Shown here piece after piece: positions 41,518 through 52,850 of a DNA stretch of 64,000 nt; the first letter of the stretch is position 1; each line of letters starts with the position of its first letter. Location: the NCBI RefSeq assembly GCF_009914755.1, contig NC_060929.1; one strand, 5' to 3'. The position numbers were made by a program, and so were the translations under genes. Below the pieces are notes generated by a model that did not search any database, was not told where the DNA came from, and saw only the letters and a program-made list of their open reading frames with translations. This DNA is from the human T2T-CHM13v2.0 reference genome, Homo sapiens.

Positions 41518-44249
41518 TTAAAAGTTTTAAGATGAACATAAAATAATTAGAACAGCTATAATTTACTGAGCACCCACTAAGCATTGCAAATTGCTATCTC
41601 ATTTTATGCTTCCCAGGAAGAATGTGAAGAATTATTCTCCCCATGTTAGAGATGAGAAAACTGAGACTAAAAGACTGACCCAAAGCCACATAGCTAGAAA
41701 ATGGACAAGCCAGGATTCAAAGTCAGATTTGCCTGACCTCAAAATTCATGTTTCTTTTTCACTATAATTCCTTGAACTAGGTCCTTCACAGCTGGGCCTA
41801 GGGGACAGTTGGGTGGGAAAGCTCGATGTGAACCACTTTGACACCCACAGTGGGACTAGGCACTCCCAGAGAAAGGCCAGTCCAGGACCTGGGCCCGTTG
41901 TGTGCTGTGTCTGTGGGTCCTGCCACCGATTCATCCTCCTCCCTGAACTTTCTAAAATCATTCTTGAGACTTTTAAATGTTTTATTGAGGTGCAAGTTTA
42001 CAATGACAGCAAACCTTTCAAACCACAGCAAGAGTAACCTGCCTCCTTGGCATATTAAAAAATAATGTTAGTGTCGGTTTTTACATCCCATAGTTTGGAT
42101 TGCTGATAAGAGTGCTTCCTTGACAAGATTCTTTTTGAGGTTTACAGAAAGCGTAATAAAATATGTAAGTTACATTTCCACAAACAAAAGCTATAACATA
42201 AGTTATTTATAAGCGTGAGATACAAACAGTATCATAATAAATAAACCATAAAGGGTACCTGCAACATTCATCTTAATGTAATTTGCCCAACGAAAGTGTT
42301 GAAACGAAGTCAAATTTAGTAGAGAAATCTGTCAGGAAAGGAGGAAAGTTGCGGAGCACAAATGGGAAAAATGGCTAAGGTGTAGGGGAAGGAAACAAGG
42401 GCATGAGATCAGGTTTGGAGGTCCCTGAGAAGGCCACCCCATGTATTTGCCCACCCTGCCTGCCCTTGCTCCCCCGAGTCTGCGCACACTGACCGATTCC
42501 TGCCACCCTGCGCATGCTGCCATCTGCACAGTCCCTGTTCACATGCCCTTTATAACCTCCACCAGCCCCCCACCCCATGGAGGAAGGAATCTCGCCCTGC
42601 TTCCCTCTCCTCTAACCTCCAGCCCTAGGGTCAGCTTCCTCAGGCTGCTGCCAGCCTCCCCGCCAGGTCCTGGGTCTGACACAGCCCAAGCGCCTTGGAA
42701 ATCATTCTTTCCCTCATTCATTCACCTGCCACAGATAAAGCTAGTGAGCAGGATAAGTAAGATCGGTTCCGAGGGGAATGACGAAAATCAATGGGTAGAG
42801 AGGATGATGGGGTGAGGGTGCTGCTCTGGAGGATGGGCAGAGAGGTGAGGGCTGGCCTGGGTTGTAAAGGATGCAAGGAACCAGCCATAAGCAGGGCTGG
42901 GGGAGGTGAATGACGAACTGAGTGCACGCAAATGCCTGCGCCCAATTCTGACCCCTTTTTCTTATCCCTTTGCCTGACCTTGCTTTGTGCTATTGAGTTT
43001 AATACCACAAACTCTTGATAATGTCCTCCAGTCCTCCACGCCCTGGACCCAGCCCTGGGACATGGGATCAAATGCCACTAACAGCATTTTGCCCAAAAGG
43101 AACTCCCAAGCCAGTAGGGGAGACAAGTGAGCCCCACTATGGCCAGCCCTCACCGCCACTCTTGGGCTCATTCACCCGGACCCTGCACTGCTTCCCCTCC
43201 CCACTCAGTCCTGTGACTTAAGAGTCTTTACCACCTACCCCCAAAGAGGGGTGTGAGGTAAAGGGGAATATGTGGGCTTTGTAGTCTAAACAGTCCTGGG
43301 TTCAAATCCCAGCTCCACCCCTGTCTACTACATGCCCTTGGACAAGAGACTGTTTCCCTAAGTCAACTGTCCTTGAAGCCTCGTGACCTGCAGTGGGGGG
43401 TCCCAAGCAACAGCCGACATCTGAAGGCCTTTTCCTTCCACTGGCTGGCAGAGTCTTGAGACTGATCAGACCTCCTCAGGAAGGTTCTTCCCTAGGTCCT
43501 GCCCACTGGGGGAAGCAGTGATGAAGAGCTCAGACTGCTTTGTGCCCACTGTTAGATGGGGAAAGCAGGCCCCTGCACTGGGGAATGGTCCAGGAAATGT
43601 GAGTAGGTGCTCAGTAAATATTCGTTGAATAAATAAATGAATGGGCGAATAAATTTCGGCAAGTGTCTTTAGAGCCTCCCATCAGGAAAACTGGAAGGGC
43701 CCCTAGGGACTCCTAACTAGGGTGTGTAAGCCAAGAACAGCACGGCAGGTCAGCAACCTGTGACATGGTGTGTGTGCCAAATTATGTGTTTCTGTCTTTT
43801 TCTATGGAAGCAGACCACAATATTTTCATCCGTGTTTCAAATAGGGTAGCTGACCCAAATACATTTAAAGTCCTGATTCAGTCTCTACCCCATTTCACAG
43901 ACAGGGAAATGGAGTCTCATTTCCCTCAGGAAGTCAATGGCAGAATGATCCTGGAGGAACCTGGCCTCCCACAGCTGGGCTCATGGGCCAGCTGGAAATC
44001 CCAGCATCTTGCCTGTCATCCCTGAAGCCCCACCCTCTTCTAGATGACTCTCGGCAAAGCCTCCACCAGCTGTACCCCTTTCTTCCAGCTTCTTCTTGGG
44101 GAAGAGGAGAGGATGTGCTCCATTCTGAAAGTCTGTCTAGCCCCGGGAATCCTCATCCCCAGTTCTTACAATTCTCATTTCCTAATCTCTTTCAGTGTGT
44201 ATGCCTCACTGATCAAGTGACAGCAGGTAAATTACAAGGGCAGCAAGAA

Positions 44250-44655
44250 ATTACAACCTCAGGAACACCAAATACATATCAGAACATACCTGGCCAAAAC
44301 AGTGCTCAGAGGAAAACGTATGCCCTTGAGTGCATTTATTTAAAAAGAAAGAAAATTGACAAATTAAATTTTCAACTCAGCAAAGAAGGAATAAATCTTT
44401 TTTTAAACCGCAACATTCACGAAAGAGGTGGCATCTTAAAAGGGGATAATGACATCAAAGGCTTTTTTAAAAACCAACAAAATAACAAACCTTTGGCAAG
44501 TATGATCAGGAGAAGGCATGAATGAGCGACACGGGGAATGAGAAGTGGAAGGCATTAGTACAGATTCGTATGAGAGTTGCAAATTCTGAGAGAATCTTCC
44601 CACAATGTTACAACAACACATTTGAAAACTCAGATGGAATGGACCATATTCTGGG
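44250..44655 (+). mobile_element. Old L1 ORF2 fragment
   Basis: Degenerate ORF2 peptides (TTYQNLW-like, NKPLASMI, ENSDGMDHIL ~ ENLDEMDKFL). Confidence 0.7.
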
Positions 44656-44840
44656 CACTGGCTTCCAGAGTTGAGCAGGCATCAGAATCACCTGGAGGGC
44701 TTGTTAAGCACAGACTGCCGAGTCCTACCCCAGAGTGTCTGATGCCGTAGGTCTGGCGAGGGTCCAATAATTTGCATTTCTAACAAATTCTCCAGTGATG
44801 CTGATGCTGCTGCTCTGGAAACACACTCTGAGAACCACTG
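44656..44840. mobile_element. MER5A-type hAT DNA transposon
   Basis: gcatcagaatcacctggagggcttgttaa…tttgcatttctaacaaattctccagtgatgctgatgctgctg…tgagaaccactg. Confidence 0.8.
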
Positions 44841-47473
44841 TCCTAGGGACTAACCAAGTTCCCCCCATTCCTGAGCTGCCTAAGAGCTATCTGGATAGGA
44901 AGTGAAAGGAGGCTTATAATTAGTGGCCCAAAGCTCCTTCATCTGTATGACAGGGCTGGACGATGAGGGACCGTGGATCTCAGGAAGCCGGAAGCCAAGC
45001 AGTGAAGCAGAGCCCTGACCCGTGCCAGGCTTTACCTGGGGCGCTTATTTAATCCCATGAGGTTTATTTACCAGATGAGAAAACTGAGGCATAAAGAGGA
45101 TGAATAATTCCCTGAGTCCACAGCTGGTAAACTGAGGTGGGAATCCCATTCTTAAGCACACAAGCTGGGAGCAGCGCTGTGCCACCCACGCCTTAATTCT
45201 GTGCCACAAACCTCTGTGCGGTGGGCCTTGTTGTCCTGATTTAACAGTGTCTGAAGTGACAAGGGCAGCCCTGAGTCCCGGGCACTGGAAGCCAGAAGGG
45301 AAGTGGAGCTGGTGAGGTGCCAACTCCAGCCCCCAAGTGGGGAGCTGTGCTTCCCTTGAACTCTCAAAGCCTCAATTCCCTCATTAGTGAGAAATTGGGG
45401 CCACTAACAGCCCTTTCCTCACAGGGTCATTGTGAAGAATAAATAAGTGTCCACCTCCCTGCCTGGCACAGGCTAGGGTCTCAGCTACAGTAGCTTTATA
45501 GTTGTCATTAAAGTTATTATGATATAACCGCCAGAGTTTCACACAGGCACTGCCACAGATGTTATCTCATTTTGTTCTCACAGCCACCCTGGGGGTAGCT
45601 GGTGCCCTTTTTGTTTTACAAATAAGGAAAATGCGGTTCTGGGAGGGGCGGTTAGGGACCCACACTGCCAGTGGCAGAGCCTGAATTAGAAGCAGGAGGC
45701 CCCCTGGAGCCAGGGCAATGGCATCTACCCCATCTGAGGGTCCTTGTCGCTGGAAGGGAGTGAGGGAGCACTTGCCCAGACCCCAGACATCCTGCAGCTC
45801 TCACTCCTCACTGTTGGGCCTCCCTCTCCACACCCACCAGGAAGGCTTAGCAAGGGCCAGGAATTTGCCCAAGGTCACACAGCGGGCAAGTGACCTAACT
45901 CCAGACCCAGGCCTGGAGGCCCTGCAAATCCTGACGCCTTTGGATTGTTGGGAGAAGAGAGAAAGAATCCCCAACCTGCACCTCCTGTCTTTCCCCGTCC
46001 TCTGAAACTGACCCTACTGGTAGACAAATACACCTTTCTCTCCAACGTACTGAGCCCCTGCAAATAAAATTAAACTGCCAACAAAATAAACAAGAGTCAC
46101 AACAATAATACATCAGCCATTACTCTGGGGGGATAGAGTGGGAGGTGAGCCACGCTGCCCAGTGCCTACTACGTGCCAGGCCCAGTGCTCTGCGCTCCCT
46201 CAATATCTCACTCGCGGCTCACGAACAACCCGCATGCATGCATTATTTTCCTTTTTGCAAACGAGAAAACCGAAATCTAAATATATAGAGTCAATTTCTC
46301 AAGGTCACTCAGCGAGGAAATGGCCAGTCCAAATTTGAACACACTTCTGGCCAACAACAGCACATCCGAGCTCTCACCACTGTCCACACCACAAGGAGCG
46401 GGAGGAAGAACCCAGGCCAGGGGTGCGACACTCAAAGAGTTTGCACCTAACGATTTTAGAATTCGCTGGAAGAAAATGATTCCGCTTGTCTCCCCAAAGC
46501 TGCAGCGGAAGGTGACTACTTCGTGTGCGGTCCTGTCCACGGTGCCCTGGGCCGGGTAGACAGTCACTGAGGCGCGAGCAGAACGGGGAGTGGTTCCAGC
46601 GCCCAAAGTGGACTGGAGCCGGGAAGGGCTCACCAGTCGCGTTTCCCAAAGAAATCCCGCAATTTGCTCTAGGAGCTGCCCGCGCCTTTGACATTCAGGA
46701 ACCCGAAGTCCCTAGACCCGCCGAGCCGCGAGCGGGTTCCCACGCGCGACCACAGCCCCCTTCCATCCTGCAACGAATTACGAGAGTCAGGTCCCCGCTC
46801 CCCACCGGGCGACCCCGCGTCCCTAGCCCAGCCGCAGCTGGCACGCGTGGGCACCTGCGAGTCACGCCTCGGTCCGCCTGGCCGGAGCCAGGGAGTGTCT
46901 CCAAAGTGGCCGCGAGGCCGCGGCCGAAACCCGGGCGGGGGCGAATTCTCCCCACGCGGGTCGGCGTCATCCGGGGCGCGGAGAACGCTACGGTGCTCCC
47001 CTCGCCCCGCGCGCAGGCAGCGCGAAGCCTGCCCCGGGTAGTGCGCCCCTTTCGTTCCTCCGGCGGCGGTAGCGTCCAAGGGGCTTCTGCGGATTCCGCC
47101 GGGTCGTCCCGGGGTTGCAACTCCATTGTACCTGAAAGGATGCATTTGGTTTGGCTTTTGCTCAGATGAAAAAAAAAAAAAATTGGAAGAAAACGAAAAC
47201 CCACTCAGCAAAAGACAATTTCACAAGCGGAGCGCTCTACCCACCCAGCGCGGTGTCTGGGAAGCGGCCCGGCCCGGAGGAGCGGGGAGCGTCTGCTAAT
47301 TGCAGCTTCGTTAGATTTCGGGTTTGGGAGGCTGTGGTTCGGGCTCTAATATCCGCCGCCCATTATCCCTGCTAATAAATTTGACCTATTGTTCGTTTGT
47401 TAAAATGATGTCACCTTGGAACAGTCCCTAAGCTCCTATTTCCATGAATTAGGCCTTTATTGAAAGCCGGGAG

Positions 47474-47510
47474 CCAATGAGAGGAGAGAGGCTTGTTGAT
47501 CGCAGCCAAT
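47474..47510 (+). promoter_or_regulatory. TLX3: Tandem CCAAT (NF-Y) boxes of the TATA-less TLX3 promoter
   Basis: gagCCAATga (47474-47478) and cagCCAATgg (47506-47510), 32 bp apart, a typical NF-Y tandem spacing; ~200-230 bp upstream of the ATG. Confidence 0.75.
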
Positions 47511-47705
47511 GGCTGCGGCAGGAGAGGAATTAGCAGCGGAAACTCCAGGTTCGGTTCAAGAAAGATGACACAGAGCCTGTCGGGCCCGCGCACTCTTGGC
47601 AAAGTTTCAGTGCGACGAGAGGCGCCGGGCGCTCCATGGCCGCGCCGTAACGGGGACCCAGCCGCCTCCCCGCCCAGCCCAGCCCAGCCCTTCCGCCCGC
47701 CCAGG

Positions 47706-48126
47706 ATGGAGGCGCCCGCCAGCGCGCAGACCCCGCACCCGCACGAGCCCATCAGCTTCGGCATCGACCAGATCCTTAACAGCCCGGACCAGGACAGCGC
47801 ACCCGCCCCGCGGGGCCCCGACGGCGCCAGCTACCTGGGAGGGCCCCCCGGGGGCCGTCCGGGCGCCACATACCCGTCTCTGCCCGCCTCCTTTGCGGGC
47901 CTCGGCGCGCCCTTCGAGGACGCGGGATCTTACAGTGTGAACCTGAGCCTAGCGCCCGCAGGCGTGATCCGGGTGCCGGCGCACAGGCCGCTGCCCGGGG
48001 CCGTGCCACCGCCTCTGCCAAGCGCGCTACCCGCCATGCCCTCCGTGCCCACGGTCTCCAGCCTTGGCGGTCTCAATTTCCCCTGGATGGAGAGCAGCCG
48101 CCGCTTCGTGAAAGACCGCTTCACAG
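47706..48126 (+). CDS. TLX3: TLX3 (HOX11L2) exon 1 coding part
   Basis: aggATGG Kozak; MEAPASAQTPHPHEPISFGIDQIL (eh1 motif) … FPWME (PBX-binding hexapeptide); donor ACAG|gtgag; 421 nt. Confidence 0.97.
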
Positions 48127-48489
48127 GTGAGCAGAGCTGGCGACCAGGCTCCAGGCCTCCGCCCTCTCGGGGCCAGAGGCGCCGCGCCCTGTGCGCTCCA
48201 CTCCCGGAAACCATTTCAGAGGCCCAAGCGCGGCGGAGGCCTCGGCCCCAGGGCCCCGGGCAGCCGTGGTGGGGAGGGTAATCGGAGAGTTGCAGGAAAA
48301 TAAGCCCGTGCCCGGGGGAAGGGACAGGGGGCGAGGGGGTCTCCCGACCGGCTTGGTGTCGCTGGAAACGCGCGCGACCAGCGAAATAGCGGAGCTCTCC
48401 GTGTCCCACGGGGCGCCACGGGGTCCGCATGGGGCCTGAACGGTGGCGGAGCCGGGCTGGGCTTCAGGGGCCCTCCTGTGTCTCCGCAG

Positions 48490-48733
48490 CGGCGGCCGCA
48501 CTCACGCCCTTCACCGTGACCCGGCGCATCGGCCACCCCTACCAGAACCGGACGCCGCCCAAGCGTAAGAAGCCGCGCACGTCCTTTTCCCGGGTGCAGA
48601 TCTGCGAGCTGGAAAAGCGCTTCCATCGCCAGAAGTACCTGGCCTCTGCCGAGAGGGCGGCGCTCGCCAAGTCCCTCAAAATGACGGACGCGCAGGTCAA
48701 GACCTGGTTCCAAAACCGGAGGACCAAGTGGCG
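48490..48733 (+). CDS. TLX3: TLX3 exon 2, homeodomain
   Basis: Acceptor tctccgcag; [71 protein letters not shown] with TLX-diagnostic Thr47; donor CG|gtgag; 244 nt. Confidence 0.98.
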
Positions 48734-49062
48734 GTGAGAGAGGCCTGACCCGGCCCACCTTACACCTGCCCTTCACCTGTCCCGCCCCGAGCCGCAGCCT
48801 CGCACTAGCCCTATTTTAAGGCTATCCACTACCCCCGCCCCCCTCTGCCTCCCCCAAACACACCCCCACCCCGCCTTCGCAGATTGTACCTCTTCCTTTC
48901 ACCCTTCTCGCTGGCCTGTGCTTCTCTCTCCATCGTGGTCTCCCACGCCTTGGTTTCTCCTCCATCCCCATCCCCATCTTTCGTGAGCCCCTCCAACTCT
49001 CTCCCCGTGTTTTGTACGGTCTCCTGCGTTCACTTGATTTCCTCTCACCCACCCCCGCCCCA

Positions 49063-49103
49063 AACACACACGCACACACACACACACACACGCGCACACA
49101 CAC
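49063..49103. repeat. (CA)n microsatellite in TLX3 intron 2
   Basis: Directly visible, interrupted by CG. Confidence 0.9.
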
Positions 49104-49726
49104 GGGCCTCTCGCACTCTCCTTCTCCTCCTTCTTCCAGCCCGCCCTCTCGGATTTTCAACAATCCTCGTGGACGCCGGTTTCCTCTCCCCCCATCTCCG
49201 CGTCTCCATTCCAGCCGCGTTTTTATCCGATCTCTGTTTTGATTCAACCCGTAAACGGCGAAGCGATCGCGTCTGGAAAGGGGTTCAAGACAGGCCCTGG
49301 GCGAACTGGATGAGACTGACCCAGCCCCCGGGCGTCGTGCGGGTGGTGCAGAGCCAGCCTGCTCACCCGCGGACCCCAGCGACCCCGGTTCCCGCAGGGC
49401 CAAGTCAGTTACACATAGGCCCTGCCCTTGCTATCTGGCGAAAGGAACAATCTTTATTGTTGGTGAAGCCACAATACCCGGGCGTGCAGGTGGGCGGCGG
49501 GCAGAGTCCCCTCCTGGAGACCCTCTGGCACACAACAAAAACAAATGATCCTAACCGGCTCCCTGGATATAAGAGCCTCGGGCGTAAAGCGCGGGCTGGG
49601 AGGCAGACGGGTTCTGCGCCTCGAGGCTCCCGGATGGCCTCGGCTCCCGGGAGGGCCGGGGCCCCGCCGGCGGCCCCGCGGTGCCGGGTGCATGACGGTA
49701 CTGTCCCTCTCCCTCCCCCGGTGCAG

Positions 49727-49937
49727 GCGGCAGACGGCGGAGGAGCGGGAGGCGGAGCGGCAGCAGGCGAGCCGGCTCATGCTGCAGCTGCAACACGACG
49801 CCTTCCAAAAGAGCCTCAACGACTCCATCCAGCCTGACCCGCTCTGTCTGCACAACTCGTCACTCTTTGCTCTGCAGAATCTGCAGCCCTGGGAGGAGGA
49901 TAGTTCCAAGGTTCCCGCTGTCACCTCCCTGGTGTGA
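49727..49937 (+). CDS. TLX3: TLX3 exon 3 coding part
   Basis: Acceptor cccggtgcag; [30 protein letters not shown]…[26 protein letters not shown]; 421+244+211=876 nt = 291 aa + stop. Confidence 0.97.
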
Positions 49938-50270
49938 GCCCACCAGCGCGCACCGTCGCCACGGATCGCCGCCCCCACCCAGCCGGGCGCCCCGGACCCC
50001 CCAGGCGGGCTGCGGGGGAACCGGCGCCGAGAGGGGAAGGGGCCGCCTAGCCCGAGTAGGCCCCAGGGCGCGGCCACAGACTGGCGGGCCGCGGAAGGGG
50101 GTAGGGCCCGAGCTCCGCGCGGCCGCACAATCCGAGCCCCCGCCCCGCGCCCCGTCCCGCCCCAGGCCCAGGCCTGACAAGAAAGCGCCTTACGTTTCTC
50201 CGCCCCCCGCCCGCACCCCCCGGGCCGGGCGCCTGTATTATACTTTGTACTTTTGCCCAAACGTGTAAAT

Positions 50271-50456
50271 AATAAAAAAGTTTTGGCTTTTTTCTTTAGA
50301 AACCGGCCACCTGCTTCCCCCGCGGGGGCCGCTGGAGGAAGGGCAGCCGACCCGGCCGCTGGGGGAAGTGCCAGGGGCCCGGGGCACCCTGCGTTTAGGC
50401 TGGGTCCACTCTTCTTCTTTTCCGTTCCTTTTATTTAAGTCTTTTTATTTAATAAA
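50271..50456 (+). terminator. TLX3: Two TLX3 polyadenylation signals (AATAAA at 50271 and 50451)
   Basis: Both in AT-rich patches within GC-rich DNA, each reading aataaaaaagtt and followed by T-rich sequence. Confidence 0.75.
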
Positions 50457-51682
50457 AAAGTTAGCTATTTCACTTAACGCCGCTTTTATTTCGTTTTCGT
50501 TCCAATAATGCTCGGCGACCCCCGGCCCTGCGCCCCACCCCTGCGGCGGTAGAAGCCGAGCGGCGGCGCGCAGGGCGCGTCCACTTCCGCAACGTTCGTC
50601 TGCATTCGCCTCGGCTGCAACCCCGGCCCGGGCCCCCGAGGAGGATGCGCGGTGCAGGTCAGTTGGTGCCGGCCACCCGCAGCCTGGGTGCGCACGGGAT
50701 GGGGACTGGACATGGGAAAGGTGCTCCAGGCCCGAAGGCCGCGGGCCAGCGCCGGGGCGGGCTGGGGAGTGAAAGGCTGGGCCTGGGCAGATGCCTAGGC
50801 CGTCCCCAGGTCAAATCCACCTGGGGGGTGGGAGGCAGGGTGGCCTCGAACTTCTTAGAGCTCAAGTCGGAACTCGGAGCCCCACTTCACCCCGCAACTC
50901 GCTTTCCGCCCTCTTTTTCCCGCGGAGCCTCAGAGAGGACCTGGCTCTGGCCAGTCTGCGCGCGCTGTGGGCAGGCTTTGCGCGCAGAGCCGCTGCAAAT
51001 CCTCGGTCTCCAAACGCCTGGGGAGCAAATGCAGCGCACAACCCTAGGGGCCCTCTCCTTGTCGGGTTTGCGTGGGACCCCAGGTGGAGCGTGACGTCAT
51101 GTGACGTCACCGCAGCCCCCGCGGTGTCACTGGGCTGGAGTGGGCGGGGCGCCCGGAACTCAGAACTCTAAGCGCTGGTGTGGTAGCGTCGTGGCCGGGG
51201 TCCACCCAGCTCCACCGTGGCTCAAGAGCTGGAAGTTTCAGAATTGCGAGGTTTGGAGCGGCTGACCCCTTCCAGTCACATCTAACACACAAAGCCCGTG
51301 AACACTTCCTCTAGTTCTTTGATTTTTCCCCCTCTTTTATCATTCTCGCTTTCAGTCTTCTGAAAACTTACTTTCTGGCCTCTCCGTTTCTTTCTCTACA
51401 ATGTTCCCTGTTTTCTCCTCTGTATGTTACTCTGGGTCTCTGTTTTACTATATCTTTCTCCTTTTCTTTACAGATTTATGATGTTTCCCAGTATAGTTCG
51501 TCCTCTATTGCTTTTCATTGCCCTCAGCCTTTTCTTGTTCCGTCGTCTCCTCCTTCTTCTCTCCCCAGTTCTGACTCTTGGCCTCTGTGTGTCTCTGGGT
51601 TTCTTTGTCTCCCTCCTCTCCACGGTCCTCTTGTCCTTTTGTCTTCCCTTTCTTGTTTCTTGAATCTCTTTGCCTTTATGTA

Positions 51683-51688
<6 letters not shown>

Positions 51689-51731
<43 letters not shown>
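51689..51731. repeat. (CT)n microsatellite in a pyrimidine-rich tract
   Basis: Directly visible. Confidence 0.95.
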
Positions 51732-51734
<3 letters not shown>

Positions 51735-52339
51735 TTCCTTTCTCCCTGACTCCCTCTCTCCCTCTTCCAGGCCCAGCTCCCAGTAGCTCCTAAGGCAAAA
51801 CACTTTCGGGGCCGCGTCCCAGAGCACCCCTCCCACTCCACGAGCACCCCCACCCGCCTCATCCCACTGCCTCCCTCGGAGCCGGAGCCGTGCGCCACCC
51901 TGCAGGTCCCCGTGCTCCGAGCCTTCGTTCTATGCGGGCTGCGGGACTGTATTCACCTGCAGGGCTGGAGGAAGGGGAGGGCGCCTGAGAAACACCTTGA
52001 ACCCCCAGCGCTCCCGCCGTCACCTCCACCTCCAAGCCCAGCTAGCCTGGGATCTGCGCCTTTGAGGACATAAAGACACCCAGGGAGGGACTAGGGTGAC
52101 TCAGAACTTCGGGTCTCTTCCGTGAGTGTTTTCCTGAAATGCTTTTATTTTCTCCAATAAAAAGCCTGATGAACGCCGTCATCGGGTTGGGAAAGGTTGG
52201 CCCTTCGGCTGAGGACTAGAGGGACCCTTGACTTTGCTGGCGGAGAAGCGCTTTCCTCAGAGACGGGTGTCGCGGTCCAGCTCCCTTCCGTTCCGTTTTA
52301 TTCTGTTGCTCCATAATAAGGCCTAGCGGGGTTTTTTTT

Positions 52340-52850
<511 letters not shown>

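Larger units (their letters stand above)
46480..51250. promoter_or_regulatory. TLX3: Large CpG island spanning the TLX3 promoter, gene body and 3' flank
   Basis: Abrupt rise in GC and CpG density against the CpG-poor flanks. Confidence 0.9.

Noticed and set aside
43983-44525. 180-aa ORF
   Set aside because: Distal half is a decayed L1 ORF2 fragment; no coherent domain or gene structure
46525-47211. Long overlapping ORFs on both strands upstream of TLX3
   Set aside because: Stop-codon depletion in GC-rich CpG island; low-complexity Arg/Pro/Gly peptides
48884-50260. 317-aa (+) and 268-aa (-) ORFs across TLX3 intron 2 and exon 3
   Set aside because: They run through (CA)n and GC-rich sequence, have no ATG in a plausible context, and resemble no known family
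51424-51898. Hydrophobic and ER-repeat ORFs
   Set aside because: Translations of a pyrimidine-rich tract and (CT)n microsatellite
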